Source: a virus
Length of the DNA: 64,000 nt
Strand: one strand, 5' to 3'
Virus record (IMG/VR): IMGVR_UViG_3300039451_000027
Coordinates: 1 to 64,000 of that record
Shown piece after piece: positions 1 through 8,296 of the stretch (the first letter of the stretch is position 1; the number at the start of each line of letters is the position of its first letter). The notes under the pieces were generated by a model. The model did no database searches, was not told the DNA's origin, and was given only the letters and a program-made list of their open reading frames with translations. The position numbers and the translations under genes were made by a program.

Positions 1-299
1 ACTACCGCATTCTGCTTCGAGGAGCTGCACGGACCGGAGGGCTCCCTCTGGCTCGACGGAAACGGGAAGATCACGGCCGGCAACGGTACGCTGGCCGACC
101 CGCGGCCCAACGCCCTAAGCCTCCTCCAAATTGACGACTGCCCGGGAGCGACGCCCACGTGCAGAGCTTCGTGCTACGTCCACAACCTGGAGCGGCTCCA
201 GCCGGAGGTCCACGCCAAGTACCGGCGCAACTCGGCCGCGATTCGGACGATCCTAGACCATCCGGAGCTCGCGTCAGAGTGGTCGCAGTTGCTGGGGGG
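1..299 (+). CDS. GP88-family protein, N-terminal part (5' end outside window, frame 1)
   Basis: Frame-1 translation ..DDCPGATPTCRASCYVHNLERLQPEVHAKYRRNSAAIRTILDHPELASEWSQLLG reads as coding. It carries the Cys-cluster + CY motif I associate (from memory) with phage GP88 (PF17338-like) proteins. The frame breaks in the G6 run at 294-299. Confidence 0.55.
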
Positions 300-340
300 C
301 GTGGATCGCCCGATCCGCGGCGGGCGGCTTCCGGTGGCAC

Positions 341-754
341 GTGTCAGGCGACGTGACCTCGGCGGCGCACGCCAAGTGGATCGCCGCTGTCGCGGCCGAG
401 GCGCCGTCAGTTCGGATGTGGATATACACCCGGTCCCTCGCGTGGCTGGAGCACCTGGCTCCGGTGAGCACGGTCTGCGGAGGGAACCTCTCGGTCAACC
501 TGTCCGCGGACGCCGACAACTATGGCGAGGTCTGGCGGGAGGCCACTCGGTGGAGCTTCCGGATCTGCTACATGACGGTCGACGGCTCGGTCCCGGAATC
601 GCTCGGTCCCGGTGACGTGATCTTCCCGGACTACAAGTTCCGCAAGGACGAGGCGTGGTTCCAGTCCGTCCCAGGAAAGCTGGTGTGCCCGGTGGACTAC
701 CACGGTAAGACCGAGAGGATTCGCTGCGGACCGTGTCGCCGGTGCATGAAGTAA
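341..754 (+). CDS. GP88-family protein, C-terminal part (frame 2; similarity extends upstream to ~299)
   Basis: Track ORF. Frame 2 from nt 299 reads AWIARSAAGGFRWHVSGDVTSAAHAKWI.. (R-x-H-x-SGD motif) and ends CGPCRRCMK. Confidence 0.65.
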   Translation: MSGDVTSAAHAKWIAAVAAEAPSVRMWIYTRSLAWLEHLAPVSTVCGGNLSVNLSADADNYGEVWREATRWSFRICYMTVDGSVPESLGPGDVIFPDYKFRKDEAWFQSVPGKLVCPVDYHGKTERIRCGPCRRCMK

Positions 755-770
755 TCCTGCAGGAGGTGCT

Positions 771-1106
771 ATGACGCTAGACGAGTGGATGAAATCTCCG
801 GCGGCGACAGGGAAGACCTGCGCCCAGTGGCTGGCGGAGCTGGTGGCCAAGAACGACGGCGAGATCGAGATCACCGCATTCGGCGGGGTGAAGCCGGGCG
901 GCCCGTACGGGCACACCGGACTCACGGCAGAGGAGGCGATATCGCTCGCCTACACCAGCGGAATGGCAGTCGGCATCTGCCTGGCCTGCGACGCTGACGC
1001 CATGTCGCAGATCGCCCAATACGTGATAGACGAGGTCAAGAAGCAGATGGCGAGGTACTACGACCCGAACCCGAACCCCGCATTCATGAGGGAGCTGTGG
1101 AAATGA
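771..1106 (+). CDS. hypothetical protein (111 aa)
   Basis: Track ORF; AGGAGG about 5 nt upstream of ATG 771; no motif recognised. Confidence 0.6.
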   Translation: MTLDEWMKSPAATGKTCAQWLAELVAKNDGEIEITAFGGVKPGGPYGHTGLTAEEAISLAYTSGMAVGICLACDADAMSQIAQYVIDEVKKQMARYYDPNPNPAFMRELWK

Positions 1107-1234
1107 TCCTCGAATCCAGAGCGGACTGGGAGGCGTGGCTCTCGCAGTGGGGCGACCAGCACAGGGTCCACGTGGCACGTCATCCAGGAGGTGTGCGCGC
1201 CCCTCCCGGGCGGCGGGAAGCCTCCTGCGACTGA
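1103..1234 (+). CDS. possible small ORF (43 aa)
   Basis: Not in track. Its ATG overlaps the upstream stop (ATGA 1103-1106). MILESRADWEAWLSQWGDQH.. looks protein-like, then the sequence becomes Arg/Pro-rich. Weak. Confidence 0.25.
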   Translation: MILESRADWEAWLSQWGDQHRVHVARHPGGVRAPPGRREASCD

Positions 1235-1347
1235 TCGGCATACCCAGAGCCGGGGACTGCAAAGTGCGTGGAGATGGCCACGTATTTGAAATTCGCTTCG
1301 GCGAGGACGCCGGTATGAGAAGTGATTAAAATTTGGAGGGTCACATC

Positions 1348-1884
1348 ATGGAGACGTTCGTGCAGGCATCAGACGGCCTGTTCTACAAGAATCCGGTGAT
1401 CGCGGGATGCGGGTGGTTCCTCCACTTCGACTCAGACGAGGGGGCGGAGCTCGTGGTCAAGCGGGCTCCGCGATCCACCCTGAGGTCCAACTGGAGGAGG
1501 GCGTCCGCGGGCCTGCGGAAGCTGGGGGTGAAGTTCCGAATCCTCGGGTCGGCGGCCGGGCTGTCGAAGATGGCGTTCCCGCCCACGTGGGTCGGGCTGC
1601 ACGACGCAGACGTCTACTCGATCGAGGTGCTGTCGCAGGTGCCGGTCCCGTCGTGCGGCGGCGGGGTCGGGCAGCCGCCGGTGGGGTGCAGGATCATCGC
1701 GACGGTGCTTGAGTTCAGCCGCGAGGCCGTGCTCTCGGTCATCTGGGACAAGTCGCCGGACCGGAGCTTGCTGGAGCACCTGGGAATGGAGCTCGAGGAG
1801 GCGAGGCGGTGGCTGGCGAGAATCCCGGTCGACGAGGTCGTCCGAATCGACCGGAGCAAAATCAAGAGGCGGAGGAGGACTTGA
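1348..1884 (+). CDS. hypothetical protein (178 aa)
   Basis: Track ORF 1333..1884; GGAGGG at 1335-1340 favours ATG 1348; no motif recognised. Confidence 0.6.
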   Translation: METFVQASDGLFYKNPVIAGCGWFLHFDSDEGAELVVKRAPRSTLRSNWRRASAGLRKLGVKFRILGSAAGLSKMAFPPTWVGLHDADVYSIEVLSQVPVPSCGGGVGQPPVGCRIIATVLEFSREAVLSVIWDKSPDRSLLEHLGMELEEARRWLARIPVDEVVRIDRSKIKRRRRT

Positions 1885-1983
1885 GGTAAACGGGGCAATC
1901 GGAGGAGGGGTCGACCAACTGCTGGTGGACCCGGATCGCGGGGCTCACCCCAATCGACTTGAACAACTGGAGGGAGGGAGAAC

Positions 1984-2796
1984 GTGAAGGCATTGATACT
2001 GTACCACGGGGACTGCACCGACGGCTTCACCGCCGCCTGGGCGGCTCGCAAAAAGCTGGGGGACGACGCGGAATGCGCGCCGGTCCACTACGGCCAGCCT
2101 CCGCCGGACTGCGCGGGGCGAGACCTCCACATACTGGACTTCTCCTACCCGCGAGCGGTCATGGAGGAGTTGATCCGACAGTGCGCGAGCATCACCGTCC
2201 TGGACCACCACAAGACCGCCGCGGCGGAGCTCGCGGGACTGGAGACCGCGGGGACCATCCTCTTCGACATGGCGAGGTCGGGAGCGATGATGGCGTGGCA
2301 GCACTACTGCCCGAGCGAGCCGCCGCCCCCGCTGGTCCAGTACGTGCAGGATCGGGACCTCTGGAAGTGGGAGCTCCCGAAATCTCGCGAGTACAGCGCG
2401 GCGATCGCGAGCTACCCCAAGGACTGGCAGACCTGGGACACGCTGGCAGCGGCGGCTCCCTCGGCGCTGATCTCAGACGGCGAGGCGATACTGCGATACC
2501 AGGCGGGGGTAGTGGAGAACGCGGTTCGCAAGGCCGCCCCAGCTCTGCTGGGCGAGCACCGAGTGCTCTGCACGAACTGCACGACCCTGATCTCGGAGGT
2601 GGCCGGCAGACTCGCAGAGGGCCGACCATTCGGGGTGACGTATTTCGTGCGGAGCGACGGGAAGTGGATCTACTCGCTCAGGTCCGACGCCTCCGGTCTG
2701 GACGTGTCACTGATCGCAAAATCTCACGGCGGCGGCGGGCACCCCCGAGCCGCCGGCTTCGAATCCAACGGGCCCGCGCACAAGGAGATCGCATGA
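1984..2796 (+). CDS. DHH/DHHA1-family phosphoesterase (NrnA/RecJ-like)
   Basis: GTG start after GGAGGGAG. Motifs HGDCTDGF, VLDHHKT (DHH) and GGGGHPRAAG (DHHA1). Confidence 0.85.
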   Translation: MKALILYHGDCTDGFTAAWAARKKLGDDAECAPVHYGQPPPDCAGRDLHILDFSYPRAVMEELIRQCASITVLDHHKTAAAELAGLETAGTILFDMARSGAMMAWQHYCPSEPPPPLVQYVQDRDLWKWELPKSREYSAAIASYPKDWQTWDTLAAAAPSALISDGEAILRYQAGVVENAVRKAAPALLGEHRVLCTNCTTLISEVAGRLAEGRPFGVTYFVRSDGKWIYSLRSDASGLDVSLIAKSHGGGGHPRAAGFESNGPAHKEIA

Positions 2797-3443
2797 AGGT
2801 GCTGTTCAAAGTCCTGATTCCTGGAGCCCGGATCCCCGCGCGGGCTTACGACTCCGCCGGCTGGGACCTCTACCCGGTCGACCGCGGGGTCATCCAGCCG
2901 GGCGAGCAGGTCTCCATCAGGCTGGGATTCGCGACCGCGTTCGACCGCGACTGGGTCGCGGTAATCGACGATCGGGGATCAGTCGGGAGGGCCGGCGTGA
3001 GCCACATGGCTGGCGTGATCGACGCCGACTTCCGGGGAGAGTGGATGCTCATGATGCGAAACCACTCCCAGGTCCCGTTCGCGTACGGCCCGGAGAAGGC
3101 GCTGGCCCAGGCGCTGTTCCTCCAGGCTCCGGTGTGCGACGCGGAGTCGGTCGACCAGCTCCCCGAGTCAGCCCGCGGGAGCGGGATGCTGGGGTCCTCG
3201 GATAATTGGTGGGGCCTGCCGCCAGAGGACGTCGCGATGATGGCCAAGGCGTGGCCCAACTGCCTGCAGAGAATTCGCGGCCTGCTCTCGAAGGTCGCGA
3301 ACACGGCCCCGGTTTCCGAGTGGTTCAAGCGGAGGCACGCCGCGCATCCGGCCCCCGATCTGCTGCTGTCGTCAGGGCAGCTCGACTATCTGGAGGCGAT
3401 GGTCATGCGCGAAGACTACAAACCAAACGAGGGCTCGCTGTGA
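2793..3443 (+). CDS. dut: dUTP diphosphatase with ~70-aa C-terminal extension
   Basis: ATG overlaps the upstream stop (ATGA). dUTPase motifs SAGWDLY, GVIDADFRGE, RGSGMLGSS. The extra C-terminal domain has no motif I recognise. Confidence 0.85.
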   Translation: MKVLFKVLIPGARIPARAYDSAGWDLYPVDRGVIQPGEQVSIRLGFATAFDRDWVAVIDDRGSVGRAGVSHMAGVIDADFRGEWMLMMRNHSQVPFAYGPEKALAQALFLQAPVCDAESVDQLPESARGSGMLGSSDNWWGLPPEDVAMMAKAWPNCLQRIRGLLSKVANTAPVSEWFKRRHAAHPAPDLLLSSGQLDYLEAMVMREDYKPNEGSL

Positions 3444-4228
3444 AGATCGAAGCCGTGACGGTGTGCGTGGACTACGCCGACTTCCTGTCGCGGGTCGCGC
3501 CCCACAATCGACGACTGCTGGACCGCTGGGTCGTGGTGACTCGGCCGGCCGACGAGCTGACCCGGCAGACCTGCCTGAAGAACTCCATCGAAGTGGTCCT
3601 GTGCGACGAGTTCGGTCGCTGCGGCGACTTCAACAAGGCTCGCGGGATCAACGCCGGGCTCCGGCAGCTGTCTGGAGACGGGTGGCTGGTCCACCTGGAC
3701 GGCGACATCTGCCTGCCGCTGGACTTCCGCCAGTGCCTGGACGACGCGCACCTACAGGAGGGCTACATCTACGGGGCGCTGCGGCTCTGCCTCCCGGGCT
3801 GGGAGGCGTGGGAGGCCGCCCAGCGGCAGGGCCTGTACTCGCGGGCGCTCGGCTGGCTCGCCGAGTACAGGGACCGGCCCGCTGGCTCCTACATCGGCGG
3901 GATTCCGGGAGCGTCGCGATTCGGCTACGCCCCCATCGGGTACTTCCAGATGTGGCACGGGAGCGAGACGCTGTCGTGGGGCTCCGCGAGGAAGTGGTAC
4001 CCCGACGAGCACGGCGGCGCGGGGAGGACGGACAACCAGTTCGCCTGGCTCTGGGACCGGAGGCGGAGGCAGCTCATCCCCGAGCTCCTGCTCTTCCACC
4101 TCGAGTCGCTCAGCGCGAAGGACGGAATGGGGCACAATTGGCACGGGAGGAGAACCCCGTGGTTCGGACCGCCGGGCGAGGAGGGTCCGGCGGGGTGGCC
4201 GCTCGCGAAGGATTCCAATTACCAGTGA
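3440..4228 (+). CDS. GT-A-like glycosyltransferase (family-2-like, tentative)
   Basis: GTG overlaps the dut stop (GTGA 3440-3443); ACGAGGG SD; DxD-type motif VHLDGDI. The family call is from general appearance only. Confidence 0.6.
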   Translation: MKIEAVTVCVDYADFLSRVAPHNRRLLDRWVVVTRPADELTRQTCLKNSIEVVLCDEFGRCGDFNKARGINAGLRQLSGDGWLVHLDGDICLPLDFRQCLDDAHLQEGYIYGALRLCLPGWEAWEAAQRQGLYSRALGWLAEYRDRPAGSYIGGIPGASRFGYAPIGYFQMWHGSETLSWGSARKWYPDEHGGAGRTDNQFAWLWDRRRRQLIPELLLFHLESLSAKDGMGHNWHGRRTPWFGPPGEEGPAGWPLAKDSNYQ

Positions 4229-4267
4229 GCCCGGGTTCGGGCTCGCGAAATCTGAGGAGGGACGACT

Positions 4268-4567
4268 ATGAACGTACCAGAACTGTTCTACAGGATCGCG
4301 GAGCTCAGCTCGGAGTCAGTGCTCGCGCAGCTCATCCTCGGCAACCGGGTGCGCCTCTGCGCGGAGCAGGGATGCCGATGGCTGACGGTGGGCGAGAGGG
4401 AGGGGAGGTTGGTCCTCCTCGACGACGAGGGTCGCGACTACTCGTTCAGCGACCTGTCGGTCATCGAGGAGGTGGAGTGGGTGGGACCGCAGGAGGGCGA
4501 GGGACCGGCTCCGGAGCCTCCAGAGAGCGACGGAATTTCACCCGCGGCGCTCGATGCCGTGAGGTGA
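4268..4567 (+). CDS. hypothetical acidic protein (99 aa)
   Basis: Track ORF; GAGGAGGG SD upstream of the ATG. Confidence 0.6.
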   Translation: MNVPELFYRIAELSSESVLAQLILGNRVRLCAEQGCRWLTVGEREGRLVLLDDEGRDYSFSDLSVIEEVEWVGPQEGEGPAPEPPESDGISPAALDAVR

Positions 4568-4582
4568 TTGCACACGGTTTTT
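4557..4582 (+). terminator. weak intrinsic-terminator candidate
   Basis: CCGTG..(11 nt)..CACGG followed by TTTTT, straddling the stop codon at 4565-4567. The stem is short. Confidence 0.3.
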
Positions 4583-5027
4583 GGACCACGGAAATGTGCA
4601 CACAGGACGGGGCAGGACGGGGCGGGCGCGCCCACGGTGCATTCACCCAGTCCAGTCCCGTCCTCTCATTGGCGCTGCGGTCCTGGCCCATCAATTGGCA
4701 CTGCCGACGCAGCGCCCGGAGGCGCGGCGTCTCGGCGCTGACCAACTTACGACTGGTCGGGAATTTCAGCCGCCCGACTAACTGGCCTGACTTTGGGGGT
4801 TCCCAGTTTACCATATACGATTTTTTTTACCTCCTTGTAGCCACATATTTAATATTGGACCCTGGTAGTCAGGCATGGATGTCAGTGGGTTCTCGATTCC
4901 TGACTGGTCGGTGATTGGTCAGCTTTTTGATTTTATGGAAAATCAGAGAATTGGACTTTGGAGTGAACTGTGCGGAATTTGAGAGTTTGCGACGTCGGTG
5001 GATTTGATGATCAGAGAAATTGCCTCA

Positions 5028-5140
5028 GACTTGACGGATCGGGACTTGACGGATCGGGACTTGATGGATCGGGACTTGACGGATCGGGACTTGGCGGATC
5101 GGGACTTGGCGGATCGGGACTTGGTGGATCGGGACTTGGC
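5028..5140. repeat. head-to-tail array of a 15-bp unit GGATCGGGACTTGRY (7 complete + 1 partial copy)
   Basis: Units at 5036, 5051, 5066, 5081, 5096, 5111 and 5126, with a partial unit from 5028. Degenerate GATCGG half-sites continue to ~5195. Confidence 0.9.
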
Positions 5141-5249
5141 GTATTTGCAGCTGGCCGGAAGAGGCTTTTGCGATCGGTCCCGCGATCGGGTAGGCCGCAA
5201 TCAAATCAAAATCGACTGCTCCTTGATCGCATTTTCACAGTTTACGAGC

Positions 5250-5287
5250 AAAAAAAAGAACCCCGCAGTGCTGGGCGCACTGCGGGG
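5250..5287 (-). terminator. rho-independent terminator of the leftward small-gene operon
   Basis: Perfect 11-bp stem CCCCGCAGTGC/GCACTGCGGGG (5261-5271 / 5277-5287). On the minus strand it is followed by TTCTTTTTTTT (A-run 5250-5257 on plus). Confidence 0.75.
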
Positions 5288-5305
5288 TTACCAGGGAGCA
5301 GACTT

Positions 5306-5458
5306 TCAGGCGCGCACGATCTCTGTGCTGCCGTCTACGGCGTGAGTCACGATCAATTTCTCACCGTCCGTGGACCGGATCACGGTTGCTGCAATCTGGT
5401 CGTCCTTGAAAATCGCGATCAGGCGACTCGATCGCGGGAGCTCGTGAAACAGATCCAC
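5306..5458 (-). CDS. possible small protein (50 aa)
   Basis: Not in track (<60 aa). GTG start. VDLFHELPRSSRLIAIFKDDQIAATVIRSTDGEKLIVTHAVDGSTEIVRA looks like a beta-rich peptide. Only a distant GGGAG upstream. Confidence 0.3.
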   Translation of the reverse strand: MDLFHELPRSSRLIAIFKDDQIAATVIRSTDGEKLIVTHAVDGSTEIVRA

Positions 5459-5530
5459 TGATTCAGCGATCGCTCCCGCGAGCGTGTTCGAGGTCTTACT
5501 GTTTGAGATTTAGCGCATCTAACCAAGTGA

Positions 5531-5851
5531 CTACGTACATGGGTAAATCTCCTCGCAGATGAGCTCGATCGTACCAAGCCACCCGCGCTCGAATTTGCTC
5601 CGAGCTTCCTGCTCGGTCCTTCCCTTGACAATCCACGATTGGACGTGCTGCCCGTCCCGATCCTGCTCAATGAGCAGCCAGTGGTTCCACACGTGCATCA
5701 GGTCGCACGCTATCGCCACCAGCAGCTTCATGCGAGCCGTGGCCTCCTGGCCGTCGCTGTCTCGCCAGCACCGATTCACCAGCTCCTTTTCCGGATTGTC
5801 AAAGCAGTTGAGCAGGATGTCGCGGAGTGCCACTGCCTGCTTGTCGAACAT
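5531..5851 (-). CDS. hypothetical protein (106 aa)
   Basis: Track ORF; GGAGG SD 6 nt upstream of the ATG. Confidence 0.6.
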   Translation of the reverse strand: MFDKQAVALRDILLNCFDNPEKELVNRCWRDSDGQEATARMKLLVAIACDLMHVWNHWLLIEQDRDGQHVQSWIVKGRTEQEARSKFERGWLGTIELICEEIYPCT

Positions 5852-5914
5852 GTCAGCCTCCGTTGGTTGGTGTTATACGGCTCTCACGACCGACCAGTCT
5901 AGCTGGCCGGTGCC

Positions 5915-6265
5915 CTACTTGCTCCGTGTCATGGCGATCTGCATCTCGCCGTCCGCCTCAGCCCGGAAGCCGAGCTTTGAGAGGAGCAGGATCATCCCGT
6001 GGTCCTGCTTCGCGAGGCTCAGCCTCGCGGTGATCCTCAGGTAGGGGAGCTCCTCTAGCACGGCGAGGGCCTCCTGCTCGTCCTCTGGGAGGCACAGCTT
6101 CTCGATGAACAGGTCGCCGTCGACCACCTGGCCGACGACGTGCCAATCCTGCCCCATCAGGCCGATTGCCCAATCGGCCGACAGGTAGGCCTCGAACTGG
6201 TCTGGCGACCAGTCCGAGTCCATTGAGAGTCGCATGAAGTCATCTTTCGTTGACGCTCTGCGCAT
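5915..6265 (-). CDS. hypothetical protein (116 aa)
   Basis: Track ORF. AAGGAGGG lies just upstream of ATG 6265, which overlaps the upstream gene by 26 nt. Alternative start at 6235. Confidence 0.55.
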   Translation of the reverse strand: MRRASTKDDFMRLSMDSDWSPDQFEAYLSADWAIGLMGQDWHVVGQVVDGDLFIEKLCLPEDEQEALAVLEELPYLRITARLSLAKQDHGMILLLSKLGFRAEADGEMQIAMTRSK

Positions 6266-6455
6266 GGTCCCTCCTTTCTAAGATCCACCGGCAGATTTGC
6301 TCGGTCGATGCGCATTCGCTGGCTCGCCCAATCAGTGTGCCGCGGGCGTCGTACAGCAGCACGAGGTTTTCGGCGTACAGATTGTCGTGGACCTCGCGCA
6401 GACCGTCCTCGACCCAGTACATCGCGCCGTCGATGTCAATTGCTCTGCGATCCAC
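6240..6455 (-). CDS. hypothetical protein (71 aa)
   Basis: Track ORF; GTG start with AAGGAGG 5 nt upstream. Confidence 0.55.
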   Translation of the reverse strand: MDRRAIDIDGAMYWVEDGLREVHDNLYAENLVLLYDARGTLIGRASECASTEQICRWILERRDHAQSVNER

Positions 6456-6533
6456 GATTCCTCCTTTCTGCGACGGGGTGGGCGGTCGCCCTCCGAGTGT
6501 GATTGTGAAATCGGGTCAGCTTCCGAAATTGGG

Positions 6534-6803
6534 TCAGGGAATGGGGCGAACTTCGGGTGGCCACGTCTTCAAGACCTCCTCGGCCACTTCGTAGAGCTTC
6601 TTGCGATCGAGCCCCTCCTGGTCCTCGTCGTTGGCGAGGGCGAGCGACACGATCGCGGTGAGCTCAGCGTCGCTCAGCAGCGAGGCGTGTCCGATCCCGG
6701 CGTGCGAATCTTGCGCCAGGATCGACCACTGTCCTTCGGAGTTCGGCAGGTCGCGCGTGGCGACCAGTACCGTGTCCTCCATTATCAGCGTCATGTGGAT
6801 CAT
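6534..6803 (-). CDS. hypothetical acidic protein (89 aa)
   Basis: Track ORF 6534..6836; AAGGAGG 6 nt upstream of ATG 6803 favours the shorter form. Confidence 0.6.
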   Translation of the reverse strand: MIHMTLIMEDTVLVATRDLPNSEGQWSILAQDSHAGIGHASLLSDAELTAIVSLALANDEDQEGLDRKKLYEVAEEVLKTWPPEVRPIP

Positions 6804-6897
6804 GTCAACCTCCTTTTCCGGAGGGCGACCGTTCACCCCGTCGCACTTTAAAGGTGAAGAGTACGGCTGTCGCGGGCGGAGTTACGGCTCTCACGCT

Positions 6898-6964
6898 GCG
6901 GCTCCCGCAATAGGATTGCGGGAGCCGCGACAATTGCTCCCGCAATAGGATTGCGGGAGCCGCG
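6898..6964. repeat. tandem duplicated perfect hairpin (GCTCCCGCAAT-AGG-ATTGCGGGAGC x2)
   Basis: Copy 1 is at 6901-6929 (stem extendable to 14 bp from 6898). Copy 2 is at 6936-6964, after the 6-nt spacer ACAATT. The pair sits directly downstream of the stop of gene 6965..7216. Confidence 0.85.
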
Positions 6965-7216
6965 TCAGCTGCTGCCGAGCTGCTCGTTCCGGAGGACGTG
7001 CTCGGGCAGGCCGTCCTCTGGGCGGTAGCCCGCCATGTCGATTGCCGCCTCGCCCTTGGCCGGGCGGACGACGATCCTCATCAGGCGGTTTGCCCGCACG
7101 ATCATCCGGAGCTGCTCCGCTGTGACGATTGTGAAGGACCCGTACGCAGCGTCCTCCTCGGTCCACACGCGGTACCACCCGGCGTGGTCGTGCGGTCTGT
7201 ACTCGATCGGCTTCAT
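6965..7216 (-). CDS. hypothetical protein (83 aa)
   Basis: Track ORF; TAGGAGG SD upstream of the ATG. Confidence 0.65.
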   Translation of the reverse strand: MKPIEYRPHDHAGWYRVWTEEDAAYGSFTIVTAEQLRMIVRANRLMRIVVRPAKGEAAIDMAGYRPEDGLPEHVLRNEQLGSS

Positions 7217-7225
7217 TTGGACCTC

Positions 7226-7495
7226 CTAGTTAGTGAAGAGTACGGCTGTCGCGGTGCGGCTCTGGGGAGCCGTGGGCGCCTTCTTCTTCGGCGCCGCGAT
7301 CTCGGCGTCCGTCGCGATCATCCCGAGCACGGCCTCCTGCGTCAGCACCTTGAAAACGCTCTCCTTGAGGTTGGGAAACAGCTCGTCGAGGACCTCCACC
7401 TGCTTGGGCGTGAGCGGCTCGGAGTCCTCGATCTCGACGCTGAACGTCCCGTTCCCGTTGTCGTGCAGTCGGTTGGCCTTGATCGTGACTGTCAT
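7226..7495 (-). CDS. hypothetical protein (89 aa)
   Basis: Track ORF; GAGGAGG directly upstream of the ATG. The last 13 codons are the conserved intergenic motif read as protein. Confidence 0.6.
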   Translation of the reverse strand: MTVTIKANRLHDNGNGTFSVEIEDSEPLTPKQVEVLDELFPNLKESVFKVLTQEAVLGMIATDAEIAAPKKKAPTAPQSRTATAVLFTN

Positions 7496-7554
7496 CCTCC
7501 TCGGTTAGTGTAGTACGGCTCCCACGTTCGGCCAGATTCCGCTGGCCGACCCGG

Positions 7555-7860
7555 TTACTTTCCCACCTGGTACCACGCGTTGCACGTGTAGACCTCGCTC
7601 ATCCACTTGGCGATCGCGGCTATCTTGCCCCAGAACTCGAGGTCCTCCGTCCGGGATGCGTGCAGGTATTTGTCGATTGCGTAATCGAACGAGTGACCCA
7701 TCGCGAGGTCCCAACCGATGATGTCGTACCAGCTCATGTACCAGTGCGTGGGATGGCACTCCACCCCGAAGTGGACGCAGATGTCCATGTCGACCTGGGC
7801 GAGCTTGATCGGCCCGAGCTCGGGTCGGTCCCGATACGAGAGTTGAAAGCAGTTCGGCAT
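7555..7860 (-). CDS. hypothetical protein (101 aa, Trp/His-rich)
   Basis: Track ORF; AGGAGG SD. Confidence 0.65.
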   Translation of the reverse strand: MPNCFQLSYRDRPELGPIKLAQVDMDICVHFGVECHPTHWYMSWYDIIGWDLAMGHSFDYAIDKYLHASRTEDLEFWGKIAAIAKWMSEVYTCNAWYQVGK

Positions 7861-8089
7861 ATTATCCTCCTATTGAGAAGAGTACGGCGCCCGCGTTCGG
7901 TCCCCAGCAAAACGCATTGGGGACCTCTCGTGAGGGCTCCCGACCGAGTCAGGTAGATTTGAGAAGCCTGGAGTCGTCGCACGGCACTAGCCGATCAAAG
8001 CCTGTCCGTCACGCTGACTTCTCGCGGCTCCCTTGATCTGCTCGGTACGGCTCTCACGTTCCCGGTGGTCGGCCCACCGGGAGGCCGGG

Positions 8090-8296
8090 CTACTTGATCG
8101 ACGCGAGCTTGCCGTCGACCATCTTTCCCCTCGCGTACCACGCGTGCGGCTCGGGCGACCAGGGACCCTCGAGCGTGACGGTCCCGTTCTCGGGCGGGGG
8201 ACCGCCGAGGCCGGGCTCGAAGACCTCCACCGCCTCGCCCTTGGCCAGCGCCTCCTTCAGCGCCTTTTTCGTTCGAAAGTTCGGACGTACGTACAT
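8090..8296 (-). CDS. hypothetical protein (68 aa)
   Basis: Track ORF; AGGAGG SD. Confidence 0.6.
   Translation of the reverse strand: MYVRPNFRTKKALKEALAKGEAVEVFEPGLGGPPPENGTVTLEGPWSPEPHAWYARGKMVDGKLASIK

Noticed and set aside
3463-4914. 483-aa plus-strand ORF in an alternative frame of the glycosyltransferase gene, running into the intergenic region.
   Set aside because: The translation is almost pure Arg/Gly/Ala/Pro. The overlapping frame (3440..4228) has a DxD motif, a coupled start and balanced composition.
5028-5140. Possible CRISPR array.
   Set aside because: The repeats are contiguous 15-mers with no spacers, and no cas genes are present in the window.
4998-5345. Track ORF encoding (DRDLT/A)7, and the overlapping ORFs 4970..5461 (+) and 4943..5200 (-).
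   Set aside because: They are simply the 15-bp DNA repeat read in three frames. There is no SD, all frames are open across the array, and the flanks read as nonsense. Treated as a non-coding iteron array.
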